Part shown: in pieces, positions 24,419 through 32,578 of the stretch | How positions within the stretch are numbered: the first letter of the stretch is position 1 | Layout of the letters: each line of letters starts with the position of its first letter | From: a virus | Lineage: Duplodnaviria; Heunggongvirae; Uroviricota; Caudoviricetes | Length of the DNA: 64,000 nucleotides | Direction: 5' to 3' (one strand) | IMG/VR virus record: IMGVR_UViG_3300013954_000001 | Location: 1 to 64,000 of that record | Made by a program: the position numbers and the translations under genes | The notes under the pieces: generated by a model | The model's input: only the letters and a program-made list of their open reading frames with translations | Databases searched by the model: none | Told to the model about the DNA's origin: nothing

Positions 24419-25008
24419 TACCGTGCCCCGCTCTTGTAGAAGATATGATCACCTAGTTGAGCCACATACTCTAAGCGTTTAGCCCATCCTGGGTCAACAT
24501 AGGTGGCGTGATAATGATCCGCGCCACCTGTAACGTCTTCGACTTCGAAAAAGAACACTTTATGAGCGACCTTTAGAGCGACGTCCCAAGCGTGTGGTTC
24601 GGCAGCTATCATAGCGGCGCGACGCGATGCCGTCAACTGACAAATGTAGCTGAACTGACAGACACCATTCCTTTTTTCGTTGACAACATCTTTGACCGTA
24701 TCTGGCCAGCGGCGCGCGTCTCTGCGATTGACGACGGTGTAGGCGATGGCATATTGACCATCTAAAGGCTCACCTCTGCCTTCGAAGAACACGGCTTCGG
24801 CGAGCTTGTTGCAGCCTACGTTGTCGCGGCACTCGACTTGACGCCAATCTGACGTCTTGTCTTCAGGCGCCACGTAGAGGCGCAAAGGCTTTTCGGCGAC
24901 GACAGGCATAGTCACCGTGTCTGCGATGTTTGACACACCTGCTAAGACTATGGCGCCAAACAGCGATGACGCGATGAACTTTGCAGCGTCTTTCATGACC
25001 GACCTCAC
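24418..25008 (-). CDS. SleB/CwlJ-family (Hydrolase_2) cell-wall hydrolase with an N-terminal TM anchor; candidate endolysin
   Basis: Hydrolase_2 motifs are present: AEAVFFEGRGEP, VCQFSY and GGADHYHA. The N-terminus MRSVMKDAAKFIASSLFGAIVLAGV is a signal or SAR-like anchor. Confidence 0.6.
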   Translation of the reverse strand: MRSVMKDAAKFIASSLFGAIVLAGVSNIADTVTMPVVAEKPLRLYVAPEDKTSDWRQVECRDNVGCNKLAEAVFFEGRGEPLDGQYAIAYTVVNRRDARRWPDTVKDVVNEKRNGVCQFSYICQLTASRRAAMIAAEPHAWDVALKVAHKVFFFEVEDVTGGADHYHATYVDPGWAKRLEYVAQLGDHIFYKSGAR

Positions 25009-25751
25009 AATTTGAAGAACGCGCTTTCTTTGATGTCGGCGCCATTGTGATAGGCTGCGATGACGACGTCAAGTTCTTTCTCAAGAGGTGCTAGCTCAAA
25101 CTTGAACTTTTCAGAGTTCATGGTTTTGTAGTTGCCAACGATTAGCAAGCCATGACTAGGCTTAGGTAATGCCGGGAACATTTCATGGAAGGCACGCGCG
25201 TATCCACAAGTCTGAACCGCATACTTAAACAGTTTTTTTCTGGCGTACCCTTTCTTGAGGTCGATAGCGTTTCTGCTGTTCTTATGGTCGACGATGCACA
25301 AGTCGCCGCCGTGAAACGCGATGCAGTCGACGCGACCCGCATAGCGATATTTGAGCGAGTACAGCGGCGCTTCAATGGCTACGATAGGCCCGAGTTCGTT
25401 GAGGATCGGCTGGCTTCTGTTGAACAGAATCTTACCCGGGCCTTTGACGTCGGCGCGTGTCAACTCATTCTTGAGGTAGCGTTCGCTCATGTCGTGCAAG
25501 CTGTTGCCGCGCTTCACGGCTTCGGCGACGATCTTGTCGGCTTCTTCTTCGCCTACGCGTTTCCGCCATTCGTCGATGCCGCCGTCGTCAAGCAAATGCA
25601 GGAGAGACGTCATAGACGGCAACAGCGTGTCGTCGCTGACTTTGTAGTAGCGTGTCTCGCCTTCTACAGTTTCGATTTCTCTGAGCGGCAAGTTGATCCA
25701 TTCAAACGTTTTCCAATGCATGTATTCACCCGATATGAAAACGGCTTGCAA
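25005..25751 (-). CDS. PD-(D/E)XK-superfamily nuclease (RecB/Cas4/YqaJ-like fold)
   Basis: The nuclease core reads ...AIEAPLY...GRVDCIAF...DLCIVDHK (D ... D-x-K). Confidence 0.45.
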   Translation of the reverse strand: MQAVFISGEYMHWKTFEWINLPLREIETVEGETRYYKVSDDTLLPSMTSLLHLLDDGGIDEWRKRVGEEEADKIVAEAVKRGNSLHDMSERYLKNELTRADVKGPGKILFNRSQPILNELGPIVAIEAPLYSLKYRYAGRVDCIAFHGGDLCIVDHKNSRNAIDLKKGYARKKLFKYAVQTCGYARAFHEMFPALPKPSHGLLIVGNYKTMNSEKFKFELAPLEKELDVVIAAYHNGADIKESAFFKL

Positions 25752-25805
25752 TGCAAGCCGTTGTCGTTCATATGCCGTCGTACTCGTCTAATGAAGATGC
25801 CATTG

Positions 25806-26558
25806 TCACACCTCACCCTCGATCAAGTCAAGCATTTCGAGACACAGGCCAGAACGCACGCAGTCGGCACGACGGTATTCTACGATTTCGAAGTTCTTTT
25901 TGCGGTCACGAATCTGACGGACTAGCCATGCCAAGCCAGACTCTTTACAGCTCAAGTCAGTTTGATTGACGTCGCCACTGATGAAGATACGCGTGCCGAT
26001 GCCGGCGCGAGTCAAGAACATCTTCATTTCGACTACAGTAGTGTTCTGAGCTTCGTCGAGCAGCATGACGGCGTTGTCATAGGTTTCGCCGCGCATGTAC
26101 TGCAACGGCTTGGCCAGAATCTTGCGCTTGAAGTCGGCTTGGAACTTGTTGCTGCCAAGTCGGTCGATCAACCCCTTTTTGAACGGTTCAAGATAAGGCG
26201 CATACTTTTCGTCGAGTTCGCCGGGCAGATAGCCTAGACTCTTACCCACTTCTTGGTTAGGTCGTGTCATGACGATAGTCTTGACGTGTCCGCCTTTGTA
26301 GAGTTCGGCGGCGACAGCAGCAGACAGCCAAGTCTTACCAGTACCGGCTGAGCCGATGGCGATAACCAGGTCGTCGTGAAGAAGGGCGGACTTGTGAATG
26401 GCTTGAGCGGCTGTCAGCGTTTCAATCGGCTTTGCGGCAGCCGCTTTGTATTCGATCATGTCAACCACGTTGTCGTCGCGGCTGTTAGAACGCAACATCT
26501 CCTGTTCGGCGTAACGTGTCTTGCGTGACTCTCGCTTAGCTCTGTTATTTCTTGACAT
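25806..26558 (-). CDS. phoH: PhoH-like ATPase
   Basis: Walker A is IGSAGTGKTWL and Walker B is MLLDEAQNTT. PhoH-family blocks are present throughout. Confidence 0.85.
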   Translation of the reverse strand: MSRNNRAKRESRKTRYAEQEMLRSNSRDDNVVDMIEYKAAAAKPIETLTAAQAIHKSALLHDDLVIAIGSAGTGKTWLSAAVAAELYKGGHVKTIVMTRPNQEVGKSLGYLPGELDEKYAPYLEPFKKGLIDRLGSNKFQADFKRKILAKPLQYMRGETYDNAVMLLDEAQNTTVVEMKMFLTRAGIGTRIFISGDVNQTDLSCKESGLAWLVRQIRDRKKNFEIVEYRRADCVRSGLCLEMLDLIEGEV

Positions 26559-26599
26559 GGAAGTAGCCTTATCGTTGATTTAAGAATGCATAAACGAAA

Positions 26600-26626
26600 A
26601 ACCTCGGCGCACTGTTGTGCGTCGAG
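26600..26626 (-). terminator. Rho-independent terminator (CCTCGACGCAC-aaca-GTGCGCCGAGG followed by TTTTT on the minus strand)
   Basis: An 11-bp stem with one mismatch and a T5 tract, about 35 nt upstream of the phoH ATG. Confidence 0.5.
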
Positions 26627-26681
26627 GCTAGTAAGTGAGGCTGAAGTCTTGTTGTTGTTCGATCATGTCTAACACCTTTCT

Positions 26682-26972
26682 CTACTGTAAAGTATTTAGC
26701 TCTAACTGGCTTACTAGCATCGTTTGGAAGCGAATGCAGTTGCGCCAGTCTCGCGGATTAGAGTTAGGTTGGCTACGTACCCACGAAGTGTATCGCCGCG
26801 TCAGATTCGTTGACGACCTGATGACGGCCAAAAACAGCGACACTATTTGTTCGTTCGGCGTTGTCGGTGAATTGTAGACTGAGCGAAGGGCCGCCAATAC
26901 TTCACGATGCCCTTCGCACGTTATTTCGGCTAACCTTGTGTTCGTCGACCGAGAAACTTCAGCCCAATCCAT
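26682..26972 (-). CDS. Hypothetical protein (96 aa; start uncertain)
   Basis: Starts at an internal Met just after the zinc-ribbon gene's stop. A terminator follows. Coding is weak. Confidence 0.3.
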   Translation of the reverse strand: MDWAEVSRSTNTRLAEITCEGHREVLAALRSVYNSPTTPNEQIVSLFLAVIRSSTNLTRRYTSWVRSQPNSNPRDWRNCIRFQTMLVSQLELNTLQ

Positions 26973-26976
26973 GTCA

Positions 26977-27240
26977 TCACCTGATGTTGTGGTTAAGTGT
27001 GTCATGATACTTAGGCGGAATGTTCTTCTTGATTTCCTTCAGTCGGTCGTTGAAGCTGTCAGTCGTTTTCATCGAACCCTTGTTCGAATAACCGATGGCT
27101 GGCGTAGCAATACGCATGACGACTTTGAGTTCGCCACATTCACGACACGGCTCGCTTTCAGGTGTCTTGCGTTCAGACATCGCGTAGTACGCTTCATAGT
27201 CGTTACCGCATGCGTTGCAGTGATAATCGTAAACAGGCAT
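26977..27240 (-). CDS. FmdB-family zinc-ribbon protein
   Basis: MPVYDYHCNACGNDYE...CRECG is a CxxC...CxxC ribbon with the FmdB-type N-terminus MP(I/V)Y(E/D)Y. Confidence 0.5.
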   Translation of the reverse strand: MPVYDYHCNACGNDYEAYYAMSERKTPESEPCRECGELKVVMRIATPAIGYSNKGSMKTTDSFNDRLKEIKKNIPPKYHDTLNHNIR

Positions 27241-27283
27241 TACACACCACCCAAGTGTTTAGTGATAAAGCCGATAATCTGTT

Positions 27284-28609
27284 TCATTTGATGGCCTTCA
27301 GCGTGTCAGTGAAAGAGTCGCGTTGTTCGCAGATACGTTCATATGTATCAGCGACATTCTTGTCACCACGGACTTCGATGAAGCGCGGCAAGAACAGCGA
27401 CCAAACGCCGGGGCGATTGCGGTCGTCGACGAGGTCGTTGGCCGCTACAGTGATGATTTTGCCGATGCTGTCGTCGACAAACAGCGCCGCGCGTTGAGCA
27501 TCTGAGAAGCCGCCACCTACAGACACTTTGACGACGCCGTCTTCGCTTTCACATTCGAAGGCTCCAAGCTTGCCGGCGTACTTACCAGTACCTTCTTTGA
27601 TGCCGACGACTTTGAGTTCACATTCAAAGACGATCTTGACTTTGACTTGGTCGGCACTAGTGCCATCTTTCCAGAGGGCGCCAGTATTCTTGACGACAGT
27701 ACCTTCTTCGCCGTTCCCAACTTCTTCTTTGAAGTGTGCTACAACTTCGGCGACAGAATTGACGACCTTCGTGTTAGTCAAACGGATTTCGGGGCATCCC
27801 ATTTGACGTATGGCGGCAGTCAGAGAATTGAAACGTGCGGCGTAATGAATGCGTGTCGCGCCTTTCTTGAAGTCAGCCATCGGCACGACGTCCCACAGCA
27901 TGAATCGCACGTTGTTGCCATCGGCTTCAGAAGAGTTCAGGATGCCGTTGCCTTCTTTGCGACTCAGCACGCCGATGCCGTCAGCAGCAATGACGAGCGC
28001 TTCGCCCATGAAGACGAATCCTTTGAACTGCCTGAAATATGCGTCGCGGCCTTCGCAATTCAGGTCAAGCGTTTCGCCGCTGCGAGTCTTGTAAACTACG
28101 ACGCCGACTTCATCCACCATGATGTCGACGTACAGGCCATCGGCTTTGGTCTGCGAGTAGCACGGAAACGTGATACGTGCAAGATTCTTCTTGGTGAAGC
28201 TAGAACAGCGCATGTACGGGTGTTCGTAGATCAAACCCGGCCATATCGCGTTTGCAGTTGTCGCGGTTACGCCACAACGTAGATCGCGTTGGATGACACG
28301 CCACAACACCTCGGAGTCGGCAGCGCTCAGATCGGCGTCTAGGGCCGTCAGAAACGCTTGTGCGGCGCCGCCTGTACGTTGCCTAGAGCTTAGCGCGGAA
28401 AGCCGTTGCAGGGCTTCGCTGAGCGTCACAGCGCCAGTATGTGTGTCGCTGCGGTCATACTTCTTGACGTAGTAGTTGACGTCGCCGCTGTACGCTGCTA
28501 CGGCGACAGCCTTGAAAAGTTCGGCGTCGTCGGCAGACAGAGCCTTGAGGATGGCCTCTTTCTCGGTACGCTTGGCCGTTGCCGCCAGTTTGTTGAGTGT
28601 GTCAAGCAT
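27284..28609 (-). CDS. ATP-dependent DNA ligase (T4 gp30-like)
   Basis: The N-terminus LNKLAATAKRTEKEAILKAL ... VLWRVIQRDLRCGVTATTANAIWPGL parallels T4 ligase LNEIASIGSTKQKQAILEKN ... VLRRVMMRDLECGASVSIANKVWPGL. Motif I is TKADGLY. Confidence 0.8.
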   Translation of the reverse strand: MLDTLNKLAATAKRTEKEAILKALSADDAELFKAVAVAAYSGDVNYYVKKYDRSDTHTGAVTLSEALQRLSALSSRQRTGGAAQAFLTALDADLSAADSEVLWRVIQRDLRCGVTATTANAIWPGLIYEHPYMRCSSFTKKNLARITFPCYSQTKADGLYVDIMVDEVGVVVYKTRSGETLDLNCEGRDAYFRQFKGFVFMGEALVIAADGIGVLSRKEGNGILNSSEADGNNVRFMLWDVVPMADFKKGATRIHYAARFNSLTAAIRQMGCPEIRLTNTKVVNSVAEVVAHFKEEVGNGEEGTVVKNTGALWKDGTSADQVKVKIVFECELKVVGIKEGTGKYAGKLGAFECESEDGVVKVSVGGGFSDAQRAALFVDDSIGKIITVAANDLVDDRNRPGVWSLFLPRFIEVRGDKNVADTYERICEQRDSFTDTLKAIK

Positions 28610-28658
28610 TGTTAACCTCTTCGTGTAGTTTGTTCACCTGAACATTTTACAACACAAC

Positions 28659-29084
28659 TCAGAGTACGCCTAGTCGTATACCGTTTCTGATTGACATCAG
28701 AATGTTACCGAGTCGATTCGAACCTCTGCCACGGCAGACTCCCCAAAACGTGTCACCCCAATAGTTACCTTCGACAAGCTTGTCTTCGCCTGTAGCGAGT
28801 AGGCGTTGCCTTAAATCGGCATCGGCGAACTTCTGAATCAGTAGGCATTCCATGACGCGTTCGCGGCGACAATACCAGTCAGGAGTCAACACGACTGTCT
28901 GACCAATTCGCTTGGCTGCGCCCGGAGTGGCGGCGTCACGAATACGCTGTCTGTCTGCGACACATGCAGTCTTAGCAGCTTGGTAGGCGTGTTCTACACT
29001 AGGGTAGATTTCGCCTTCGTATTCGATAGGCACCGCATAGAAGTTGCTGAGAAAGTCGTAGTCGCCGCTAAACGAGGTAATCAC
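28659..29084 (-). CDS. NADAR (YbiA/DUF1768) domain protein
   Basis: FSGDYDFLSNFYAVPIEYEGEIYPSVEHAYQAAK and W..D.FWG are the hallmark NADAR blocks. An ATGA overlap couples it to the upstream SLOG gene. Confidence 0.7.
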   Translation of the reverse strand: MITSFSGDYDFLSNFYAVPIEYEGEIYPSVEHAYQAAKTACVADRQRIRDAATPGAAKRIGQTVVLTPDWYCRRERVMECLLIQKFADADLRQRLLATGEDKLVEGNYWGDTFWGVCRGRGSNRLGNILMSIRNGIRLGVL

Positions 29085-29446
29085 AGTAGTAGCCCCAACG
29101 TGTTGATGTTGTATTGACAGATTCGAAGTCTAGCCTTTTTAGCGCGTCGCAACATGTCGGCACTGCCGTCAGACTCGCCATCCCATATGAGAACAAGTGC
29201 GTCTGCGTAGTCTGCCATGCGCTGATTTCTGACAAAGCCGGCTGTCAGCTTGCCGTCGCGTAGCCAGTCGGCGGGAAAGTCTTTGTAAGCAATACCTTTC
29301 GACTGTCCCCAAGCCTTTCCTATGTTGTCGACGCCGTCGGCACATCCACAAACAACTTCGGTGACGACAAAGTCTAGGTCGTCTAGTATCGAATAGACTA
29401 GAGAGACGTCGTTGATGTGACGCGATCCGGCAATGATAGTTTTCAT
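29081..29446 (-). CDS. SLOG-superfamily (DUF2493/YpsA-like) protein
   Basis: IIAGSRHIND...VVCGCADGVDNIGKAWG...DFPADW fits the DUF2493 signature GxR ... GGAxGaD ... WA. It is the first gene of the operon with NADAR. Confidence 0.5.
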   Translation of the reverse strand: MKTIIAGSRHINDVSLVYSILDDLDFVVTEVVCGCADGVDNIGKAWGQSKGIAYKDFPADWLRDGKLTAGFVRNQRMADYADALVLIWDGESDGSADMLRRAKKARLRICQYNINTLGLLL

Positions 29447-29456
29447 GACAACCTTC

Positions 29457-29464
29457 TATAAATA
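29457..29464 (+). promoter_or_regulatory. T4-type late promoter box TATAAATA
   Basis: An exact TATAAATA 35 nt upstream of the 29499 ATG. Confidence 0.6.
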
Positions 29465-29498
29465 CAGGTATACACTATTCTAAGACAGGTTCATAGAC

Positions 29499-29927
29499 AT
29501 GTCAATTGTCAAAGCAGACAAAATCGAATCTAAGTCTGGGCGTCAGCTAGCTATCGATGAAATAGCGTCGTCGAGTCATTTACAAGATTTGTCACTCCAG
29601 ATAAATCAGTCTCTCGACGCCATCCGCGAAGACGTTTCTGCTGTCAGCGCAAAGCAAAACGCGTTCGAAGTGAAGGGTGCAAATTTCACGGCGGTAATCA
29701 ATACCTCATACTACATCACATCGTCAGTTACTGTGAGTCTCCCGTTGCCAGCGGGACTTAAAGTAGGTGATGTCATTCGCTTTTCGAAAACTATATCCGC
29801 AACACCGTCTATTGTCAGGCAAGGTACAGCTAATATAGTTTCCGGTGACAAGACAGATGTTGACGTATTGTTTGATGCACAGGCAGAACTAACGTTCATC
29901 TTCAATGGTACTAACTGGGAACTATAA
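29499..29927 (+). CDS. Structural (tail-fibre-associated?) small protein, cassette-1 member (142 aa); paralog of the 39968-40525 product
   Basis: The C-terminal roughly 90 aa (FEVKGANFTAVINTSYY...FNGTNWEL) parallels YEVKSANFTAAVNKRYW...FNGTAWEI. Late promoter. Confidence 0.55.
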   Translation: MSIVKADKIESKSGRQLAIDEIASSSHLQDLSLQINQSLDAIREDVSAVSAKQNAFEVKGANFTAVINTSYYITSSVTVSLPLPAGLKVGDVIRFSKTISATPSIVRQGTANIVSGDKTDVDVLFDAQAELTFIFNGTNWEL

Positions 29928-29929
29928 CG

Positions 29930-31042
29930 ATGACTATTAAAATTAGTAACATGTTAGGAAGTTCAGGCGACACTATAGGTCAGTTAGTTGCACTTGCAGA
30001 CTCTAAGACGATAGCTACCTATCCTGACGGTCGCGTATATCTAAAGACAGGCAACTTGATTGTAGATGAAAATTCGACATACCCCGAAGCGTTTCAGTCT
30101 GCGTCTCACATGAATTTCAAAACCGAAAAGACAGTTGTGTTGCCTATCGAAGGTTCAATCACAGTTGCCATTAACAACGACATTATTATCGCCGTAAACC
30201 GCTCTAATGGACAGTACATTCGCTCTACTGATGCCGGAAGTACTTGGAGCAGTGTTGCTACGCTACCAAGTACTTCCGGCACTCTAGGAAAGATCAGCTA
30301 TTTTAAGAACGGTATATTTGTAGTAACCCACACTACAAGTTCTTACGTATGGCGATCTACTGACAACGGATTAACTTGGGCGCGAGTGACTACAACTCAA
30401 GTGAATACAACGCTATCAGCTACAGACGGTAACGTTTTAGTGACGTCTATTACCGCAGGTGCTGCATCTGGCGGTATCGCACATTCAACTGATGGTTCTA
30501 CATTTACGACAATCAACTTAGTCAGTGTTGCCACGACATGTGTAGACATCACGTACTTCAAAGGCAACTTTTATGCAGTAATTAACGGCAGACTGTTCAG
30601 GTCTGCGACAGGTAATAGCGGATGGGTTGAAATTCCTGTAACATCCTTAGGATCTTTTTCTGCCATTACAAAAGCTCTAGTACAACTAGGCGATTACTTG
30701 CGCGTCGGATTAGTCGAAACTTTTGACGGCGGCCTGACGTGGAAATACGACTCAACATTAAGTAGCAAGCCGTACCCAACTACTTTCACCAAAGACGCAC
30801 TGATTCGCTTTTCTTCAAATCAACTAACGTTTTCATTAGACTCTAACGTTTTCTATACGTGCGCTTCACAGGCAGGTTCAGTAGTAGCTTTAACCGATAT
30901 TGCCAACGGAAAAGAATGGTTATACAACAATTCCGGTAACAGTACGGCAGTACTTCGGCAAGTAACTTTCAAGCCACATATAGGCGCCACAACCCTAGAG
31001 CAATCAGGCGTCAATAATGCAACGTATGTGAGGATCAAATGA
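29930..31042 (+). CDS. Asp-box (BNR-repeat) beta-propeller protein, cassette-1 (370 aa)
   Basis: Repeats include STDAGSTWSS, STDNGLTWAR and HSTDGSTFTT. The N-terminus carries a YPEAF motif, and the protein ends ...YVRIK like its paralogs. Confidence 0.6.
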   Translation: MTIKISNMLGSSGDTIGQLVALADSKTIATYPDGRVYLKTGNLIVDENSTYPEAFQSASHMNFKTEKTVVLPIEGSITVAINNDIIIAVNRSNGQYIRSTDAGSTWSSVATLPSTSGTLGKISYFKNGIFVVTHTTSSYVWRSTDNGLTWARVTTTQVNTTLSATDGNVLVTSITAGAASGGIAHSTDGSTFTTINLVSVATTCVDITYFKGNFYAVINGRLFRSATGNSGWVEIPVTSLGSFSAITKALVQLGDYLRVGLVETFDGGLTWKYDSTLSSKPYPTTFTKDALIRFSSNQLTFSLDSNVFYTCASQAGSVVALTDIANGKEWLYNNSGNSTAVLRQVTFKPHIGATTLEQSGVNNATYVRIK

Positions 31043-32235
31043 CTATAAAAGCAAGCAGTTCTGCTAAAACTGGCGCCACTATTGGCGCCATCACTAAGAT
31101 TACGACATCGTTCGCCGACTTGTACAAACCCTTGTTGACGAATAAAGACGGCGTATTCTTAAAGACTGGATATATGATGCATTCTGAACGGCAAACATAT
31201 CCAGAAGCTTTCAACATATTAGCAAAACCCGCATTCACAGACGTTTTCACGGGTGTTGTAGACTACAATAGTGATGGAGGAAATGTAACGCAATCGTCAA
31301 TCAATACGACGTATGATTACAATAGAATCTTAGTAGGCCCTAACAATACACTGTTTGTGTCGTATGCAGCAGTTGCAAGCGGCACGTCTATAAACAGGTT
31401 TGTCATGTCGACAGACTCGGGTGCGACATGGAAAACTATATCTCGGTCAGATAACCCAGGATTGAACGACGTCTCAATGATTGCAACAGATGGTCAAGTT
31501 GTATTGGCCATTAGGAACGATTTGAGCAACGGCTGGAGATCGGTAGACGGAGGAAAAACTTGGAACACATTTTCTTTTGCGACTGGGGCGGGTTCACTAC
31601 ACTTCGGTAACGGTAGATTTGTGGCAATCGACAGCTATACATCGGCCCCAAAGGTTCGTGTGTCTACTGACTCAGGTCAAACTTGGAATAGTATCACGCC
31701 TACAAATATTGGCTCTTATTCTAAGCTAACTTTTAGTGGCGGTAAGTTCATAAACTTCGGAGCGATGTCGGCTAATGGCACGCTACGCGTCAGCGACGAT
31801 GGTGTCAATTACACGACTTTGATTGCGTTTCATACGGCATCAGGGTTGTCTAACGTTCATTTTATTGACAGTTTCTACTACGCTCGACACACAGACGGAC
31901 TATATAAATCAGATGGCGTACAAGCGTGGGTAAAAGTACTTGACGCAGGGACTCAGTCTGCCTCCCACAGTCTTATCAAGCACGCGAACGTTCTGTATGC
32001 TACGACTAACACTGGAATCTACAGGTCCACAGACGGCGGAAATAGCTTTTCTCTTTTTTTGTCTTCTGGTACAGATACTATGAGAAATATTGAAGTGACG
32101 TCTCACAGATTCATTTACTTTATGACTCGCAACAATATTACGTCTCCGTACTTCACGTTTCACGACGCAATCGGAATACCCTTTAAGCCAACCCAATCAG
32201 ACAATCTAATTGTTGAATACTTGAGGATCAAGTAA
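31039..32235 (+). CDS. Asp-box (BNR-repeat) beta-propeller protein, cassette-1 (398 aa)
   Basis: Repeats include STDSGATWKT, SVDGGKTWNT, STDSGQTWNS and STDGGNSFS. The N-terminus carries YPEAF and the protein ends ...YLRIK. Confidence 0.6.
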   Translation: MTIKASSSAKTGATIGAITKITTSFADLYKPLLTNKDGVFLKTGYMMHSERQTYPEAFNILAKPAFTDVFTGVVDYNSDGGNVTQSSINTTYDYNRILVGPNNTLFVSYAAVASGTSINRFVMSTDSGATWKTISRSDNPGLNDVSMIATDGQVVLAIRNDLSNGWRSVDGGKTWNTFSFATGAGSLHFGNGRFVAIDSYTSAPKVRVSTDSGQTWNSITPTNIGSYSKLTFSGGKFINFGAMSANGTLRVSDDGVNYTTLIAFHTASGLSNVHFIDSFYYARHTDGLYKSDGVQAWVKVLDAGTQSASHSLIKHANVLYATTNTGIYRSTDGGNSFSLFLSSGTDTMRNIEVTSHRFIYFMTRNNITSPYFTFHDAIGIPFKPTQSDNLIVEYLRIK

Positions 32236-32543
32236 TGCCTATCATCGCAATCCCACAGGCTTCAGAATTAATTAACCGTACTATCATTACGCGTCTCGCG
32301 TTTCTGAATCGGTTTACTACAGAAGAAGCAATCGCCCTAGACTTAAAAAGTATTGGTGCTACTGTAGACGCGGCTTCGCTACGTCTGTACAGGTCTAAAG
32401 TAGACGCCGCGTCTTTTATCGACTTGAGTCGTGAAGATACTCGACAAGGTGTACAATACCTTGAAACTCTAGGCGTTCTAGCCGAAGGTCGTGCCGCAGA
32501 GATTCTAGACACGCCCGCAGCAGACGGCGAAATTCCGAAGTAA
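32235..32543 (+). CDS. Hypothetical protein (102 aa)
   Basis: Coupled to the upstream stop (TAATG). It ends at a terminator. Confidence 0.4.
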   Translation: MPIIAIPQASELINRTIITRLAFLNRFTTEEAIALDLKSIGATVDAASLRLYRSKVDAASFIDLSREDTRQGVQYLETLGVLAEGRAAEILDTPAADGEIPK

Positions 32544-32578
32544 AAACAGAAAGGCCGCTATAGCGGCCTTTTCTTTGT
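32543..32578. terminator. Bidirectional rho-independent terminator (GAAAGGCCGCTA-tagc-GGCCTTTTC)
   Basis: A GC stem flanked by A- and T-runs, between convergent genes. Confidence 0.65.

Noticed and set aside
25185-25925. 246-aa plus-strand ORF antisense to the PD-(D/E)XK nuclease/phoH
   Set aside because: It overlaps two well-supported minus-strand genes.
26635-26877. Cys-rich 80-aa plus-strand ORF between the zinc-ribbon gene and phoH
   Set aside because: It has atypical composition, no RBS, and is opposite to the local transcription direction.
27647-28282. 211-aa plus-strand ORF inside the DNA ligase gene
   Set aside because: It is antisense to gp30-like ligase.
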